Part shown: positions 37,918-48,268 of the stretch, piece after piece
Layout of the letters: each line of letters opens with the position of its first letter
Position numbering within the stretch: the stretch's first letter is position 1
Origin: an uncultured bacterium
Lineage (GTDB): Bacteria > Fidelibacterota > Marinisomatia > Marinisomatales > Marinisomataceae
Direction: 5' to 3'
Assembly (NCBI GenBank): GCA_905182795.1
Contig: CAJJCZ010000004.1
Coordinates: forward strand, 4,506 to 68,505
Length of the DNA: 64,000 nt
The notes under the pieces: model-generated
Databases searched by the model: none
Told to the model about the DNA's origin: nothing
The model's input: the letters and a program-made list of their open reading frames with translations, nothing else
Translations under genes and position numbers: made by a program

Positions 37918-39255
37918 TTACCAGTCGCTTTTTTTCGTAAGAGATTCGCTTACCCAATCATAGCACCTACCCGCTGGAGATACCTCCCCTGTAGCTTGGA
38001 TATCTTTATCAAGCATAAACCAGTCTGCGCGTCCAAACAGAACATCGTTTTCTTCAAGCCATTCTTTTTGCTTAAAATACTTAGAGTTGCCCTTTTTTTG
38101 CGCTTGTTCAAAATAATTATATGCTAATAAAGCTACTGCTTTATCAGAGCGTGAAAAAGTATCACCCCTGCATGCATTCATAGCTTTGTAATATAGGTTG
38201 CCCATATGAGCAAGACTTTCAGCGTTATTTTTAGATACTTTCAATGCTTTGGATGCCCATTCATAGGCGGCATCAAAATTATCTAATTCTATATTGTTGT
38301 CCGAAATCGACATTGCAACTCTATAATTATTACGATCTAAATCAAATAAGTCTTCTAAAACCTCAATAGCTTCATCAAAATCTGAGTTTTCATTATAAGC
38401 ATTACCTAAAATAAGATAAACCATATTATTGGATTCATTATAACTTAAGGTATTTTCTAATGCTTCTATTGCATCGTCAGTATCTCCATTACTCATTAAT
38501 TTCTCTGCATATTCTATGGCATAAGCAGCATTTTCTGGATTGTCTTCAAATCTTGCTTTAAAAATTTCAAGTGGGTCTTCTCCCGAGTCTTCATAGACTC
38601 TAGCTAGTTCAGATTGAATAGAAGAGTTATTTGGATCAAAAGATAAAATTTTCTTTAGAATTGATACCTGATCATCTATTCTTCCCTGTTCTCCATATGC
38701 GGAGGCTAAATCTCGTAATGTATCCGTATCTTCTAAACCAGCATCCAATATTCTCTCATACTCAATTATCATTTCATCCATCTTGCCTTGCTTTTTGAAA
38801 GAAAATGCTAATCTTATCATCAAATCTGTATCGTCTGGTAACTCTTCCAAACCTTGTATTAAAACTTTTTCAGATTCATCAAATTTTCCCAAATACTCTA
38901 ACGCCACTGCCCAGTACTTATAAACCTCATTTGGATTAACCCAATCTGAATCCCATTGATCGCATCGTAAGCTCATCATTTCAGAGTAAGCATTTGCACT
39001 TAACTCCCAATTACTACTTCTGTAATACTCAGCAGAACTACTTGCTAATTGAGGACATCTATCTTCTCTTTCATCTTCGATAGAATATGGATACCAACCA
39101 TCGTTATATATTAGTCTCGTAGCCTCTCTACAGTCTACTACTTTGATTTCGATGTCATTTGTAATTCTTAATTTTTCTCCTCTTTTACATTGCGCATCAA
39201 GAGATGCAGAGAATAAAATGATTAAACCTATTATAGTCCATAAATAATTTCTCAT
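37918..39255 (-). CDS. secreted TPR-repeat protein
   Basis: Signal peptide, followed by multiple TPR units (e.g. [39 protein letters not shown]). Confidence 0.6.
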   Translation of the reverse strand: MRNYLWTIIGLIILFSASLDAQCKRGEKLRITNDIEIKVVDCREATRLIYNDGWYPYSIEDEREDRCPQLASSSAEYYRSSNWELSANAYSEMMSLRCDQWDSDWVNPNEVYKYWAVALEYLGKFDESEKVLIQGLEELPDDTDLMIRLAFSFKKQGKMDEMIIEYERILDAGLEDTDTLRDLASAYGEQGRIDDQVSILKKILSFDPNNSSIQSELARVYEDSGEDPLEIFKARFEDNPENAAYAIEYAEKLMSNGDTDDAIEALENTLSYNESNNMVYLILGNAYNENSDFDEAIEVLEDLFDLDRNNYRVAMSISDNNIELDNFDAAYEWASKALKVSKNNAESLAHMGNLYYKAMNACRGDTFSRSDKAVALLAYNYFEQAQKKGNSKYFKQKEWLEENDVLFGRADWFMLDKDIQATGEVSPAGRCYDWVSESLTKKSDW

Positions 39256-39270
39256 TTTTTCACCTAACTA

Positions 39271-40521
39271 TTATATTTTTCTTCTTTTAACGAACCATAA
39301 ATCTCCAATACTTACCCCAACATTGAATGATTGTACGGTTTCGCTTCCTACATTATGTATATTATCTCTATCTACGAAATTATAGCTAATATCAATTTGG
39401 TTCCTCATTAAACCAAATTCAATACCTACTCCTAAGCCTAAACCAACCTCTTTAACGTTATCAAGATTCTTAACGTCATAATCACTAAATGATAATCCCG
39501 CTCTAAAATGAAGCTTATCTTTTGAGTACGGTTTTGCAAATTTTAGAAATCCAATATTAACCTTACTTTTCCCTTTAATATATCCAGGATAAAGCGAGCT
39601 AGATAGAGCATTTTTTCCATTATTATTCCATGATTGCACTTCTATCTGAGCGTGATATCTTTCAGCAAACTCATAATCAATACCTGCTTTAAAATCGCTT
39701 ATTGATATTTCATTTTTGAATACAGCGTTAGTAGGCATTAATGCCGCAGAAACATTTGGATAGTCCTGTGAATCATGATAATTGTTTGAGTTTAAGTCTA
39801 AGAATGCTTGGTAAGATTCATTCTCTACATCAATATCATTTAATGAGAAATTATAGTTCAAAGATACTGATAATGGCTTCTCCTTAAATGAGAATCGTTT
39901 TGTAGTATAATAAAGCTCTACCAATGAACCTGAAAAATAATCTCTAGATTGTAATAAGTGATTATCTGAATCAATAATTAAATTTTGAGAAGATCTAGAT
40001 GATCCGAATATAACATCTAGGCCTAATCCGATATCATCTGTTTCTGTAAGCTTATAACCTATAGCAAACTGAGCCATGGAAGAACCTCCTCCTGCTCTGC
40101 TAGATCGAGAATACTGCAATGTATCAGAGTCAGCAAATATAAATTCACTAAAAGTACTATCTGTGATAGTTATCTCTCTAGAAAATAATGGCTTAAATGC
40201 CAATCCAAATGAAATTTTCTTTTTAGAGGGAATAATTAATTTTGCTGATGTTAATCCCGAATTTGCAATAGAGCTTGAACCAAATTCGTTGATTTGACCT
40301 TCAAAAGAAGTGCTTAAATATGTGAATGATAAGTTGTGCCATGTTGAAGGATTAGCTAATGAGACATCACCCTTAAAACTAGGTAATAATCCTATAGACC
40401 CAGAACCTAGCGTAGATGCGTCATCATTTTGAGCAAACATTCCATAACCATAGCCATTCATTGTTGATTGACTAAATAGGGTTGTTATAAATAATAATAG
40501 AATAAAACTACGGCTTAACAT
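39271..40521 (-). CDS. outer-membrane beta-barrel protein, unknown family
   Basis: Signal peptide FITTLFSQS. N-terminal motif DASTLGSGSIGLL...LANPSTW resembles PorV/FadL-type barrels. Alternating strand pattern to the end. Confidence 0.5.
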   Translation of the reverse strand: MLSRSFILLLFITTLFSQSTMNGYGYGMFAQNDDASTLGSGSIGLLPSFKGDVSLANPSTWHNLSFTYLSTSFEGQINEFGSSSIANSGLTSAKLIIPSKKKISFGLAFKPLFSREITITDSTFSEFIFADSDTLQYSRSSRAGGGSSMAQFAIGYKLTETDDIGLGLDVIFGSSRSSQNLIIDSDNHLLQSRDYFSGSLVELYYTTKRFSFKEKPLSVSLNYNFSLNDIDVENESYQAFLDLNSNNYHDSQDYPNVSAALMPTNAVFKNEISISDFKAGIDYEFAERYHAQIEVQSWNNNGKNALSSSLYPGYIKGKSKVNIGFLKFAKPYSKDKLHFRAGLSFSDYDVKNLDNVKEVGLGLGVGIEFGLMRNQIDISYNFVDRDNIHNVGSETVQSFNVGVSIGDLWFVKRRKI

Positions 40522-41758
40522 ATAACACCTCTACAGATTCTGTATTGAATCTAACTTTATCAAATGGGCTATTCGCTGGAGCGCTATACAGGATTAAACC
40601 GTGATTCTCAATTAACTCATTTTTATAACCTTGAAGAAAGGATTGAATAGGAATTTCTATCTTTCCATCTTGCATCTTTCTTGATATAATAAAATTTTGA
40701 TCTGAAACATAAGCTGAGTCACTAAGAGATTCATCATCAGATAAAAATGTAGTAAAGTCCCAATTTGCTACAGAATCTGAAAGTGCTGCAACTACAACAT
40801 AGAATTCATCATCTTCATTTAGATTTGATGATTCTACGCTTAGTACAAGATTCGCATTCTTTACTATAGAATTCCTCTCTAATTCATTAATAATATCTAA
40901 ATCATATCGTAAAATTGATCGAGTTCCTGATCCAGAATTAAGTGTAACGTAATTAGAATCATCCTCTTCTATTTCTGGCGGAGAAAAAATACTAAGACCT
41001 TTATCTCCAAAGAAAAGAATTGAAGTATCTATAGTGGTTGTATCGTTTACTGTCGCCTTATACCAGACCCTCATTCTTGGTTGATTATTACTTTCATCAC
41101 TTTCAATTGTAAATAACTCATCTAAACCATCATCCACTTTAAGCATAAAAGTTCTTGCTGGATATGTAAATGCATCAAAATAAAATTCTTTTAACAATTG
41201 AAGATTGTCATCTTTGAATAAAAAGTTTAGTGTATCATACCCTGCGCTATCAGGCTCAATATCAACTAATGGAATTTGATGCAACAATGTAGTATTATTT
41301 TCAAAATCCATATAATTATCTAATGTATAATAACTAGTAGAATCTTCAGAAAAAATACTATCTTCAGTCGCTAAAACTGAGTATAGTGATAAATTTAATG
41401 CTGAATTTATAGTGTCCTGAGTCTGCATATATACCAATGCACTGTCAACCTGTATTGAATCTGCTAATAAATCAAACAAAGCCGTTGGAGGCAATGAACC
41501 TGAAAATAATGTAAGACTAAATAAGGAAAATAGATTTTCTGACCCTTTAACATCTCCAAAGAAAAATTTTGTATTTGAGCCTAGCATTGGACTAGTTTGA
41601 AATATTTTATTTTGATCTAATGGAAGCGTTAATGTATTTATAGTGTAATTAGGATTCTCTATTTCACTATAGATAATAGTTTCTTCTGAGCATGCATTCA
41701 GAAACAAGCATACGATACTTGGAATTAATATCCATTTTAAAGAAAAATGATTGTTCAT
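40508..41758 (-). CDS. large lipoprotein (DUF4270-like by synteny), unknown function
   Basis: Lipobox LFLNACSE; 416 aa. The family guess rests only on my memory that Bacteroidota place a DUF4270 gene next to a short glycogen-synthase-like gene. Confidence 0.35.
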   Translation of the reverse strand: MNNHFSLKWILIPSIVCLFLNACSEETIIYSEIENPNYTINTLTLPLDQNKIFQTSPMLGSNTKFFFGDVKGSENLFSLFSLTLFSGSLPPTALFDLLADSIQVDSALVYMQTQDTINSALNLSLYSVLATEDSIFSEDSTSYYTLDNYMDFENNTTLLHQIPLVDIEPDSAGYDTLNFLFKDDNLQLLKEFYFDAFTYPARTFMLKVDDGLDELFTIESDESNNQPRMRVWYKATVNDTTTIDTSILFFGDKGLSIFSPPEIEEDDSNYVTLNSGSGTRSILRYDLDIINELERNSIVKNANLVLSVESSNLNEDDEFYVVVAALSDSVANWDFTTFLSDDESLSDSAYVSDQNFIISRKMQDGKIEIPIQSFLQGYKNELIENHGLILYSAPANSPFDKVRFNTESVEVLYVKP

Positions 41759-41761
41759 TAT

Positions 41762-42568
41762 TTATATTTTTTTTATTCCCAATTCAATAGCATCTAGTAG
41801 AGGAGAATAATCAGTATCTTCCCCATAATCAAGATCTACAACAGAACAATTCTTAGCGTCTTTAAAAACTTTCATTTTTTTCAACTTAGGAGAAACCTTT
41901 TCAGCGCCATTAACAATAATAGTTTTATCTGCATACAAACATCCGATCTGATTTAAGTTTAATGACTTTAGTGGTGAAAAAGTTTCCTTTTTAAATCCAA
42001 GATTAGCGGGATCAAATACAATATCTTCGTTTAGAGAGCTTGCTATATAAACAGTCTTTATTTTAGCTAGACCTTTATCTTTCTTTGCTAGTATTTTAAT
42101 TAGCATAGGTATTAATGCCGATGTCCATCCACTACAAATAATAACATTAGGATACCAAAATAGATTAGGAAGCATTTTAATTGCTGCTAAACAATAGGCA
42201 GCAAATCTTTTATCATTATCATTTAAAAATCTACCATTTTTTGCCTTATATAGAAGATTGTTTAAATCTCCAAAAATATCTTCTTTCTCTAAGAAATAAA
42301 CTTGTAATCTTGATTTTGGTAAGAAAGCACTTTTAGCTGAACATTCATAATCAATGTCATCAAAATTAAATAGAATCTCTCTTAAACGAATAACCTCTCT
42401 TAGGATATATTTTCTTTCACTAATAAATCCATACTTTGGCATTAGACATCTAACATCGTTTCCTTTTTCCTGTAAACCTAAAGGAACCTTGACTGAAAGA
42501 TCAGATAAAGGTGAAACCGATGCAAACGGGTCCATTTCACTAGTTATATAAAAGAGTTTTTTTGTCAT
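41762..42568 (-). CDS. glycogen/starch-synthase N-terminal-domain-only protein
   Basis: LFYITSEMDPFASVSPLSDLSVKVPLGLQEKGNDVRCLMPKYGFI resembles the GlgA N-terminal domain. At 268 aa it lacks the C-terminal GT1 half. Confidence 0.6.
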   Translation of the reverse strand: MTKKLFYITSEMDPFASVSPLSDLSVKVPLGLQEKGNDVRCLMPKYGFISERKYILREVIRLREILFNFDDIDYECSAKSAFLPKSRLQVYFLEKEDIFGDLNNLLYKAKNGRFLNDNDKRFAAYCLAAIKMLPNLFWYPNVIICSGWTSALIPMLIKILAKKDKGLAKIKTVYIASSLNEDIVFDPANLGFKKETFSPLKSLNLNQIGCLYADKTIIVNGAEKVSPKLKKMKVFKDAKNCSVVDLDYGEDTDYSPLLDAIELGIKKI

Positions 42569-42630
42569 GATAAATGAGTAGCAAGAAATTAACGATAGAC
42601 ATTCAGAATTTCAACTCCCAATAATTATTA

Positions 42631-42876
42631 TTATTTTTGGTTTTTAGATTTAAATCTATGATAGATGATATCGCTTAGGTTTCTGTGTTTAGTTTTTCTC
42701 CCTTTTGTCCTCACTCTCCAAACTTTAAAAGATTTTCTTTTCAAGCTAGATCTCATAATTTTAATTACGTCATCTTGGTTAATTTGAAACTGACTTTCAA
42801 TAGCTTCAAAGGGGGTTCTGTCTTCCCATGCCATTTCAATAATTCTATCTAATTGTTCTATTGTAAATTTTTTCAC
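42631..42876 (-). CDS. TIGR03643/DUF2805-family small protein
   Basis: DRIIEMAWEDRTPFEAIESQF...FKVWRVRTKGRKTKH. Confidence 0.7.
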   Translation of the reverse strand: MKKFTIEQLDRIIEMAWEDRTPFEAIESQFQINQDDVIKIMRSSLKRKSFKVWRVRTKGRKTKHRNLSDIIYHRFKSKNQK

Positions 42877-42921
42877 TCTATTTATAAATTATTTTAAAAG
42901 TTTATTAATTACTTTGAGATA

Positions 42922-44142
42922 TTAATTTTTTGAAAAACTAATCACTAGACCAACCATAATAAAACAAGATAACAAAAATGATCCTCCAGCAGAAATAAAT
43001 GGGATTGGAAGACCTTTTACTGGCATCAAACCTATTGTCATTGCAGAGTTGATAAAGATATGAGATAACAGAATTGATGCCAATCCTATTATAACTAGAC
43101 TACCGAAATAATCAGAAGATCGAAATGCAATATCTAAAAGTGTTTTAATCAATAAAAAACAGAGTGTCATAACACATAAAATTCCTAAGAATCCGAACTC
43201 CTCGGCTATAACAGAGAGAATGAAGTCAGATTCCTGTACTGGTAAAAACTTTAATTGTGTCTGAGAACCTAACCCCCAACCTTTACCAAATAATCCACCA
43301 GATCCAATCGCAGTAATACTTTGAATAATATGATAGGCGGAACCCATAGGATCAAGATCTGGATTTAAAAATGTTAAAATTCTCTGTTTTTGGTATTCAG
43401 CCAGATTGTTCCATAAAAATGGAGTTAGGAGTCCTGTGAAAATATTGGCAAAATATAATATAGACTTTGTTACAATATTTGCATGGAATATGATAAAGAA
43501 AATGAACATTAGGACAGCCCAAATAGTAAAAGTGATGATATTTGATGCTGCTAAAATTGTAACAACTGGCGCTATCATTAAAAAAATCAGAAAGTTACTG
43601 ACTCCTGCCCACAACAACATTGGAAGTAGAGGTGCGCAAATAATAACTGCTGTACCTAAATCGGGTTGATTTAATACTATAAAAGCAGACATTAATGTCA
43701 GCACTGAAGGAATTATAATAATAGAATTATCTTTTACCTTCAATTGATTATTAGATAAGTATTTAGCGATTACGATCACCGTAGCACATTTTAAATATTC
43801 TGCTGGCTGAATATAGAACAAGCCAAAATCAATCCACCTATAAGTATACTCTACTCTCGGTAGAAAGAATGGGATTATGCAAAAAATGAGGGTTCCTATA
43901 AATATCATAGTCGAATTATCATGAATTGTCTTCATCTTTATATTTTGCACAATAATAAAAACTATAGATGAAAAAATAAGGAAAACAGATTGTCTATAAA
44001 AAGAACTGCTAAAACTTAATGGATTATCAGAAATACTATATAAAGTAACTAGACTGAAAGCAGTCAATCCAATGATTATAAAAAATAATCTCCATATAGA
44101 GTCTCTTACGCCTTTTAATATAGAATTATCCATAAATATCAT
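42922..44142 (-). CDS. rodA: peptidoglycan glycosyltransferase RodA (SEDS family)
   Basis: Polytopic 406 aa; QPAEYLK, QSITAIGSGGLFGKGWG, FILSVIAEEFGF. Sits next to mrdA. Confidence 0.85.
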   Translation of the reverse strand: MIFMDNSILKGVRDSIWRLFFIIIGLTAFSLVTLYSISDNPLSFSSSFYRQSVFLIFSSIVFIIVQNIKMKTIHDNSTMIFIGTLIFCIIPFFLPRVEYTYRWIDFGLFYIQPAEYLKCATVIVIAKYLSNNQLKVKDNSIIIIPSVLTLMSAFIVLNQPDLGTAVIICAPLLPMLLWAGVSNFLIFLMIAPVVTILAASNIITFTIWAVLMFIFFIIFHANIVTKSILYFANIFTGLLTPFLWNNLAEYQKQRILTFLNPDLDPMGSAYHIIQSITAIGSGGLFGKGWGLGSQTQLKFLPVQESDFILSVIAEEFGFLGILCVMTLCFLLIKTLLDIAFRSSDYFGSLVIIGLASILLSHIFINSAMTIGLMPVKGLPIPFISAGGSFLLSCFIMVGLVISFSKN

Positions 44143-44144
44143 TT

Positions 44145-45917
44145 CTAATTCCCTGCTAAAGATTTAAAAGAATTGATATAATATGAAACTATATCGCCTG
44201 CAATTGGTGAAGCCACAGCTCCTCCTCCTCCTCCATTCTCAACCATAACAACAATTGAGTATGTAGAGCCTTCAATATCAAAAAATCCTATAAACCATGC
44301 ATGAGGTTCTCCATGAGGATTCTCAGCGGTACTTGTTTTACCAAAGAGCTTCACATCTAAACCTTTCAATCGAGCTCTCCAACCACTGCCTTGATCTGCA
44401 TTGACAACATCAAACATTCCATCCCAAATATGATTCCATGTTTTTTCTGCATATACGATCTTATCATAATAGGATATTTCTTTAGACAAATTTAATCTTA
44501 ATTGAGGTGTTTCTCCTCTGGATGCAATATGATTAATAAATCTTAATGCTTGAACGGGAGTAATTAAAATATCACCCTGACCTAATGTTAAATTTAGCAA
44601 GACACCTCTCTCTGACCAACCCCATCTACCATAATTTCTGATATAAAAATCTTTATCTGGGATTAGCCCATTCTTTTCATTGGGTAAATCAATTTCTGTT
44701 AATTCATTAAATCCAAATTCTTTTGCAGTATCTGTCCAATCTTTTAGGTTGATAAGCTGAACTGTTTCATAAAAATATACATTACAAGATTGTGCAATCG
44801 CTTTATTTAGATCAACAAGGCCATGTCCATTTTCATTCCAACAACGAAACTCATTAGTACTGCCAGGCGGAATGTAAACACCTGTACACAGCAAACTATC
44901 CAATGGATCTACCAAGCTTTTTTCAATTAAATTAATGACAGTTATCAGCTTTAGTTTTGATCCTGCAGGATAAAGACCTGCAATAGATCTATTTAATAAT
45001 GGATTATCTTCATTTTTTAATAGATTATTCCATTCAGAATCTAAGGTTTCTCCCCTATAGATACTCAAATCATATGATGGAGCACTAACCATACTTAATA
45101 TTTCGCCTGTATCAACATTAGATACCAGCACAGATCCCTTCTTTCCTTCTAGAATATTTCTACAGTATCGTTGTAAATTAGCATCAATTGTTAGTGAAAG
45201 ATCTTCCCCTGGAAATGCAGGTATGCTATTATCATTTAATCTTAAAATTTGACGACCGTAGGTATCAACCTCTATATAATCAACTCCTTTGGAAAATCGT
45301 AATTCTTTTTCATATTGTTTTTCAACCCCTTGCCAGCCAATCAACTCACCTGCTCTATAAAGTAATTTTTTATCAAAATTGGGGATAGCATCCCTATCTA
45401 ACTCTCTTAGATATCCTAAAAAATGAGCATCATTTAAAATGGGAGAATATATTCTTTCATCAGACCGACTATATTGAACGCCTGGAAATTCTAATCTCAT
45501 TTCTTCTATTTGAGAAATTTCCTTAAATGTTAGATTTTTAGCAATAGTAGTTGGAAGAAAACGTCCTCTATAAAATTTATTATATTTTCTATTTAATTCT
45601 TCTACACTAACATCGATAATGGATGAAAGTTTTATAAATTCTTCATCTCTATCTTTTAATTCGTATGGAGTCACTGTCAAAATATAAGTTGGATAATTAT
45701 TAACTAATATTTCTCCATGACGATCTAAAATTAATCCTCTCGGAGCATAAGTTGTCAACGCCTTAACACTATTAACTTGAGATTTAGAAAAATGTCTTTC
45801 GTAGTCAATGACTTGTAAATAAAAGTATCTACCAAGAAGAGAAAAAAGAGAAAAACATAATATGAATAACAATGCTCTATAATGAAAAATATCTGCCTTA
45901 TTATCTATTTTAAGCAT
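44145..45917 (-). CDS. mrdA: penicillin-binding protein 2
   Basis: SxxK (GSKLK), SxN (SCN), KTG-like (KTS). N-terminal TM. Lies in the mre context. Confidence 0.85.
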   Translation of the reverse strand: MLKIDNKADIFHYRALLFILCFSLFSLLGRYFYLQVIDYERHFSKSQVNSVKALTTYAPRGLILDRHGEILVNNYPTYILTVTPYELKDRDEEFIKLSSIIDVSVEELNRKYNKFYRGRFLPTTIAKNLTFKEISQIEEMRLEFPGVQYSRSDERIYSPILNDAHFLGYLRELDRDAIPNFDKKLLYRAGELIGWQGVEKQYEKELRFSKGVDYIEVDTYGRQILRLNDNSIPAFPGEDLSLTIDANLQRYCRNILEGKKGSVLVSNVDTGEILSMVSAPSYDLSIYRGETLDSEWNNLLKNEDNPLLNRSIAGLYPAGSKLKLITVINLIEKSLVDPLDSLLCTGVYIPPGSTNEFRCWNENGHGLVDLNKAIAQSCNVYFYETVQLINLKDWTDTAKEFGFNELTEIDLPNEKNGLIPDKDFYIRNYGRWGWSERGVLLNLTLGQGDILITPVQALRFINHIASRGETPQLRLNLSKEISYYDKIVYAEKTWNHIWDGMFDVVNADQGSGWRARLKGLDVKLFGKTSTAENPHGEPHAWFIGFFDIEGSTYSIVVMVENGGGGGAVASPIAGDIVSYYINSFKSLAGN

Positions 45918-46389
45918 CTTCTAACACTAACTGTTTTACTTTAAAAATTCTAGTAATAATAAACCCGACGAATGCAGTATAAAGTGAAACAGAAAACCAA
46001 TTTTTTAAGAAAAATATCATGTCATTAAAAAAGAAAAAATCATATCTAAATAGTGAATATAACCCAGTGCCTATAAACACTAGAACTAGCCAATATAAAT
46101 CGAAATTTCTATGTGCAAAATTAAAACTTACCTGAGAAGCAAGATAACTACATACTGAAAAAATAAGACTGGATAAACCTAAATAAAAGCCATTAAATAG
46201 AACTAAATCAGCAAAGAGTCCAACAAAAAAACCTGTGACTGTTGCTCTAGAAGTATTGTCCATAGATATAGAAGATAAAATAATAAATAATAGTATAATA
46301 TTAGGCTGGAATCCATTTACAGTTAATAGCTCTGCGAAGGTTAGTTGAAATATAATTGAAATCAGAAAGTATATAAGATATACACCCAT
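45910..46389 (-). CDS. mreD: rod shape-determining protein MreD
   Basis: 159 aa polytopic, positioned between mreC and mrdA. Confidence 0.7.
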   Translation of the reverse strand: MGVYLIYFLISIIFQLTFAELLTVNGFQPNIILLFIILSSISMDNTSRATVTGFFVGLFADLVLFNGFYLGLSSLIFSVCSYLASQVSFNFAHRNFDLYWLVLVFIGTGLYSLFRYDFFFFNDMIFFLKNWFSVSLYTAFVGFIITRIFKVKQLVLEDA

Positions 46390-46393
46390 AATC

Positions 46394-47182
46394 TTATCCT
46401 TCCTCTCTAATAATAAATAATTGATTTAAAGTAGATAGATCAGAAAAAAGCTTCATACGGACAATCTTATTTGAACTGTTAGATTTTTTATAGATACTAA
46501 TTACTTCACCTACGGGTAAATTTTCTGAAAAATGTATACTAAGATTTGAAGTTAAAACAATGTCACCAATTTCGACATCTGATGTGGATTGAACTTCTAC
46601 AATTTCACATATATCATTTTTTATCCAGCGCATAATACCTTCAGTCTCAGATGGCATTATTTTCACACTTACTCTGAAATCTACATCGCTTACTAGCTGT
46701 ACACCTGAATGATTATTGGATACAAAAATAATTTTTCCCACTATACCTCGAGATGACAATACTGCATTATTTTTTTTCACACCATCTACAAAACCCCGAT
46801 CTACAAGAACAGATGACATATTAGCATTAACACCTTTAGATAAAATATCCGCTCCAATTAAGTTTAATTCATTGCGTTTTTTAAATTTTAATAAGTCTCT
46901 TAATCTTTCATTCTCAATTTTATTTGAAAATAAAATCTGATTTTCTAGATTAAGTTTTAAATTTTCATAAGATAAAACTTCAAGTTTCTTAGTTAAAAAT
47001 ACCTGGTTATCTAACCAGTTAAAAGGTTGATACACAAAAGAGAATGCATCTAATGTATTCGATCGAATTTTTTGAATTTTTTGATTATTATTACTAAAAA
47101 TGAGAAGAAGTGAAGCGAAAACACAAATAAATAAAATATAGATATCTAAATTTTTTTTGAGAATTAATTCAGTCTTAGCCAT
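46394..47182 (-). CDS. mreC: rod shape-determining protein MreC
   Basis: N-terminal TM, coiled-coil LENQILFSNKIENERLRDLL, then beta domains. Synteny supports the call. Confidence 0.8.
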   Translation of the reverse strand: MAKTELILKKNLDIYILFICVFASLLLIFSNNNQKIQKIRSNTLDAFSFVYQPFNWLDNQVFLTKKLEVLSYENLKLNLENQILFSNKIENERLRDLLKFKKRNELNLIGADILSKGVNANMSSVLVDRGFVDGVKKNNAVLSSRGIVGKIIFVSNNHSGVQLVSDVDFRVSVKIMPSETEGIMRWIKNDICEIVEVQSTSDVEIGDIVLTSNLSIHFSENLPVGEVISIYKKSNSSNKIVRMKLFSDLSTLNQLFIIREEG

Positions 47183-47184
47183 TC

Positions 47185-48225
47185 TTAAAGAAGAACATGC
47201 TTAAATTTTTCTAAATCTTCTATTACCGATCCACATCCTTTAACAATTGCTAAGTGTGGTTCATCGGCAACATTAACAGGTACACCTGTTTTTTCACGTA
47301 AAACTTGATCAAGACCTTTTAATTGAGAAGCTCCTCCACAAAGAACAATTCCCCTATCTATAATGTCTGAAGATAATTCAGCTGGTGTAGCCTCTAATGC
47401 ATCTTTAATTACATCTAAAATTCTTTTTACTGGATCTTTCAAAGCTAGTCTGATTTCATCAGATTTAATGTCTATTGTTTTAGGTATTCCAGATACTAAA
47501 TCTCTTCCTTTGACTAAAATATTTTTAGATCTCGCTCTCATAGCTGAACCAACTGTAATTTTTATCTGCTCTGCTGTTTGTGCCCCAATTTCTAACTTAT
47601 GCTCATTTCTAAACCAATGCTGTATGGCGTCATCCATTTCATCTCCAGCGACTCTAATAGCTTTTTTAGTCACTACACCATTTAGTGATATCACAGCTAC
47701 CTCAGTAGTCCCTCCACCAATATCAACAATAATATTACCTATAGGTTTACTAATATCTAGGCCTATCCCGATTGCCGCAGCAACAGGTTCATCTACCAAA
47801 AATACCTCTCTGGCTGCCTGTTTTTCTCCGGCATCTTTTACAGCTCTTCTTTCTACCTCAGTAACACCAGACGGCACACAAATAACCATTCTTGGTCTAG
47901 TCAAACGATTTAAATTTACTTTTCTAATAAAACCCTGCAACATTTCATCTACGGCAGTAAAGTCAGAAACTACTCCGTCTCTTAATGGGCGAATAGTTTC
48001 AATACCTTCGTGAGTCTTACCCAACATCTGTTTAGCAGTATCACCGACAGCAATAACCTGCCCCGTCTTTGTAGATCTAGCAATAATAGATGGCTCATTA
48101 ACAATAATTCCCTTACCAGCTAACCATATCAAAGTATTAGCCGTTCCAAGATCAATGGCAATGTCACCGCTAACCCAATTGAGGCTATTAGTAAAGTTAT
48201 TTTTAATTTTTTTGAAGAAATTCAT
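47185..48225 (-). CDS. mreB: rod shape-determining protein MreB
   Basis: DIAIDLGTANTLIW, VDIGGGTTEVAVISL, VLCGGASQLKGLD. Confidence 0.95.
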   Translation of the reverse strand: MNFFKKIKNNFTNSLNWVSGDIAIDLGTANTLIWLAGKGIIVNEPSIIARSTKTGQVIAVGDTAKQMLGKTHEGIETIRPLRDGVVSDFTAVDEMLQGFIRKVNLNRLTRPRMVICVPSGVTEVERRAVKDAGEKQAAREVFLVDEPVAAAIGIGLDISKPIGNIIVDIGGGTTEVAVISLNGVVTKKAIRVAGDEMDDAIQHWFRNEHKLEIGAQTAEQIKITVGSAMRARSKNILVKGRDLVSGIPKTIDIKSDEIRLALKDPVKRILDVIKDALEATPAELSSDIIDRGIVLCGGASQLKGLDQVLREKTGVPVNVADEPHLAIVKGCGSVIEDLEKFKHVLL

Positions 48226-48268
48226 AGTCTATAACTTATAAAATATTATTCTCATTCCTTAGTTTTTT

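Noticed and set aside
47363-48013. 216-aa plus-strand ORF antisense to mreB. Similar long antisense ORFs occur at 27748-28350, 15002-15457, 33875-34294, 29886-30257, 28752-29132 and 10084-10434.
   Set aside because: All lie fully inside strongly supported minus-strand genes and have low-complexity S/L/I/F-rich translations with no recognisable motifs. The codon usage of the real genes (AAA/GAA/GAT-rich) suppresses stops on the opposite strand.
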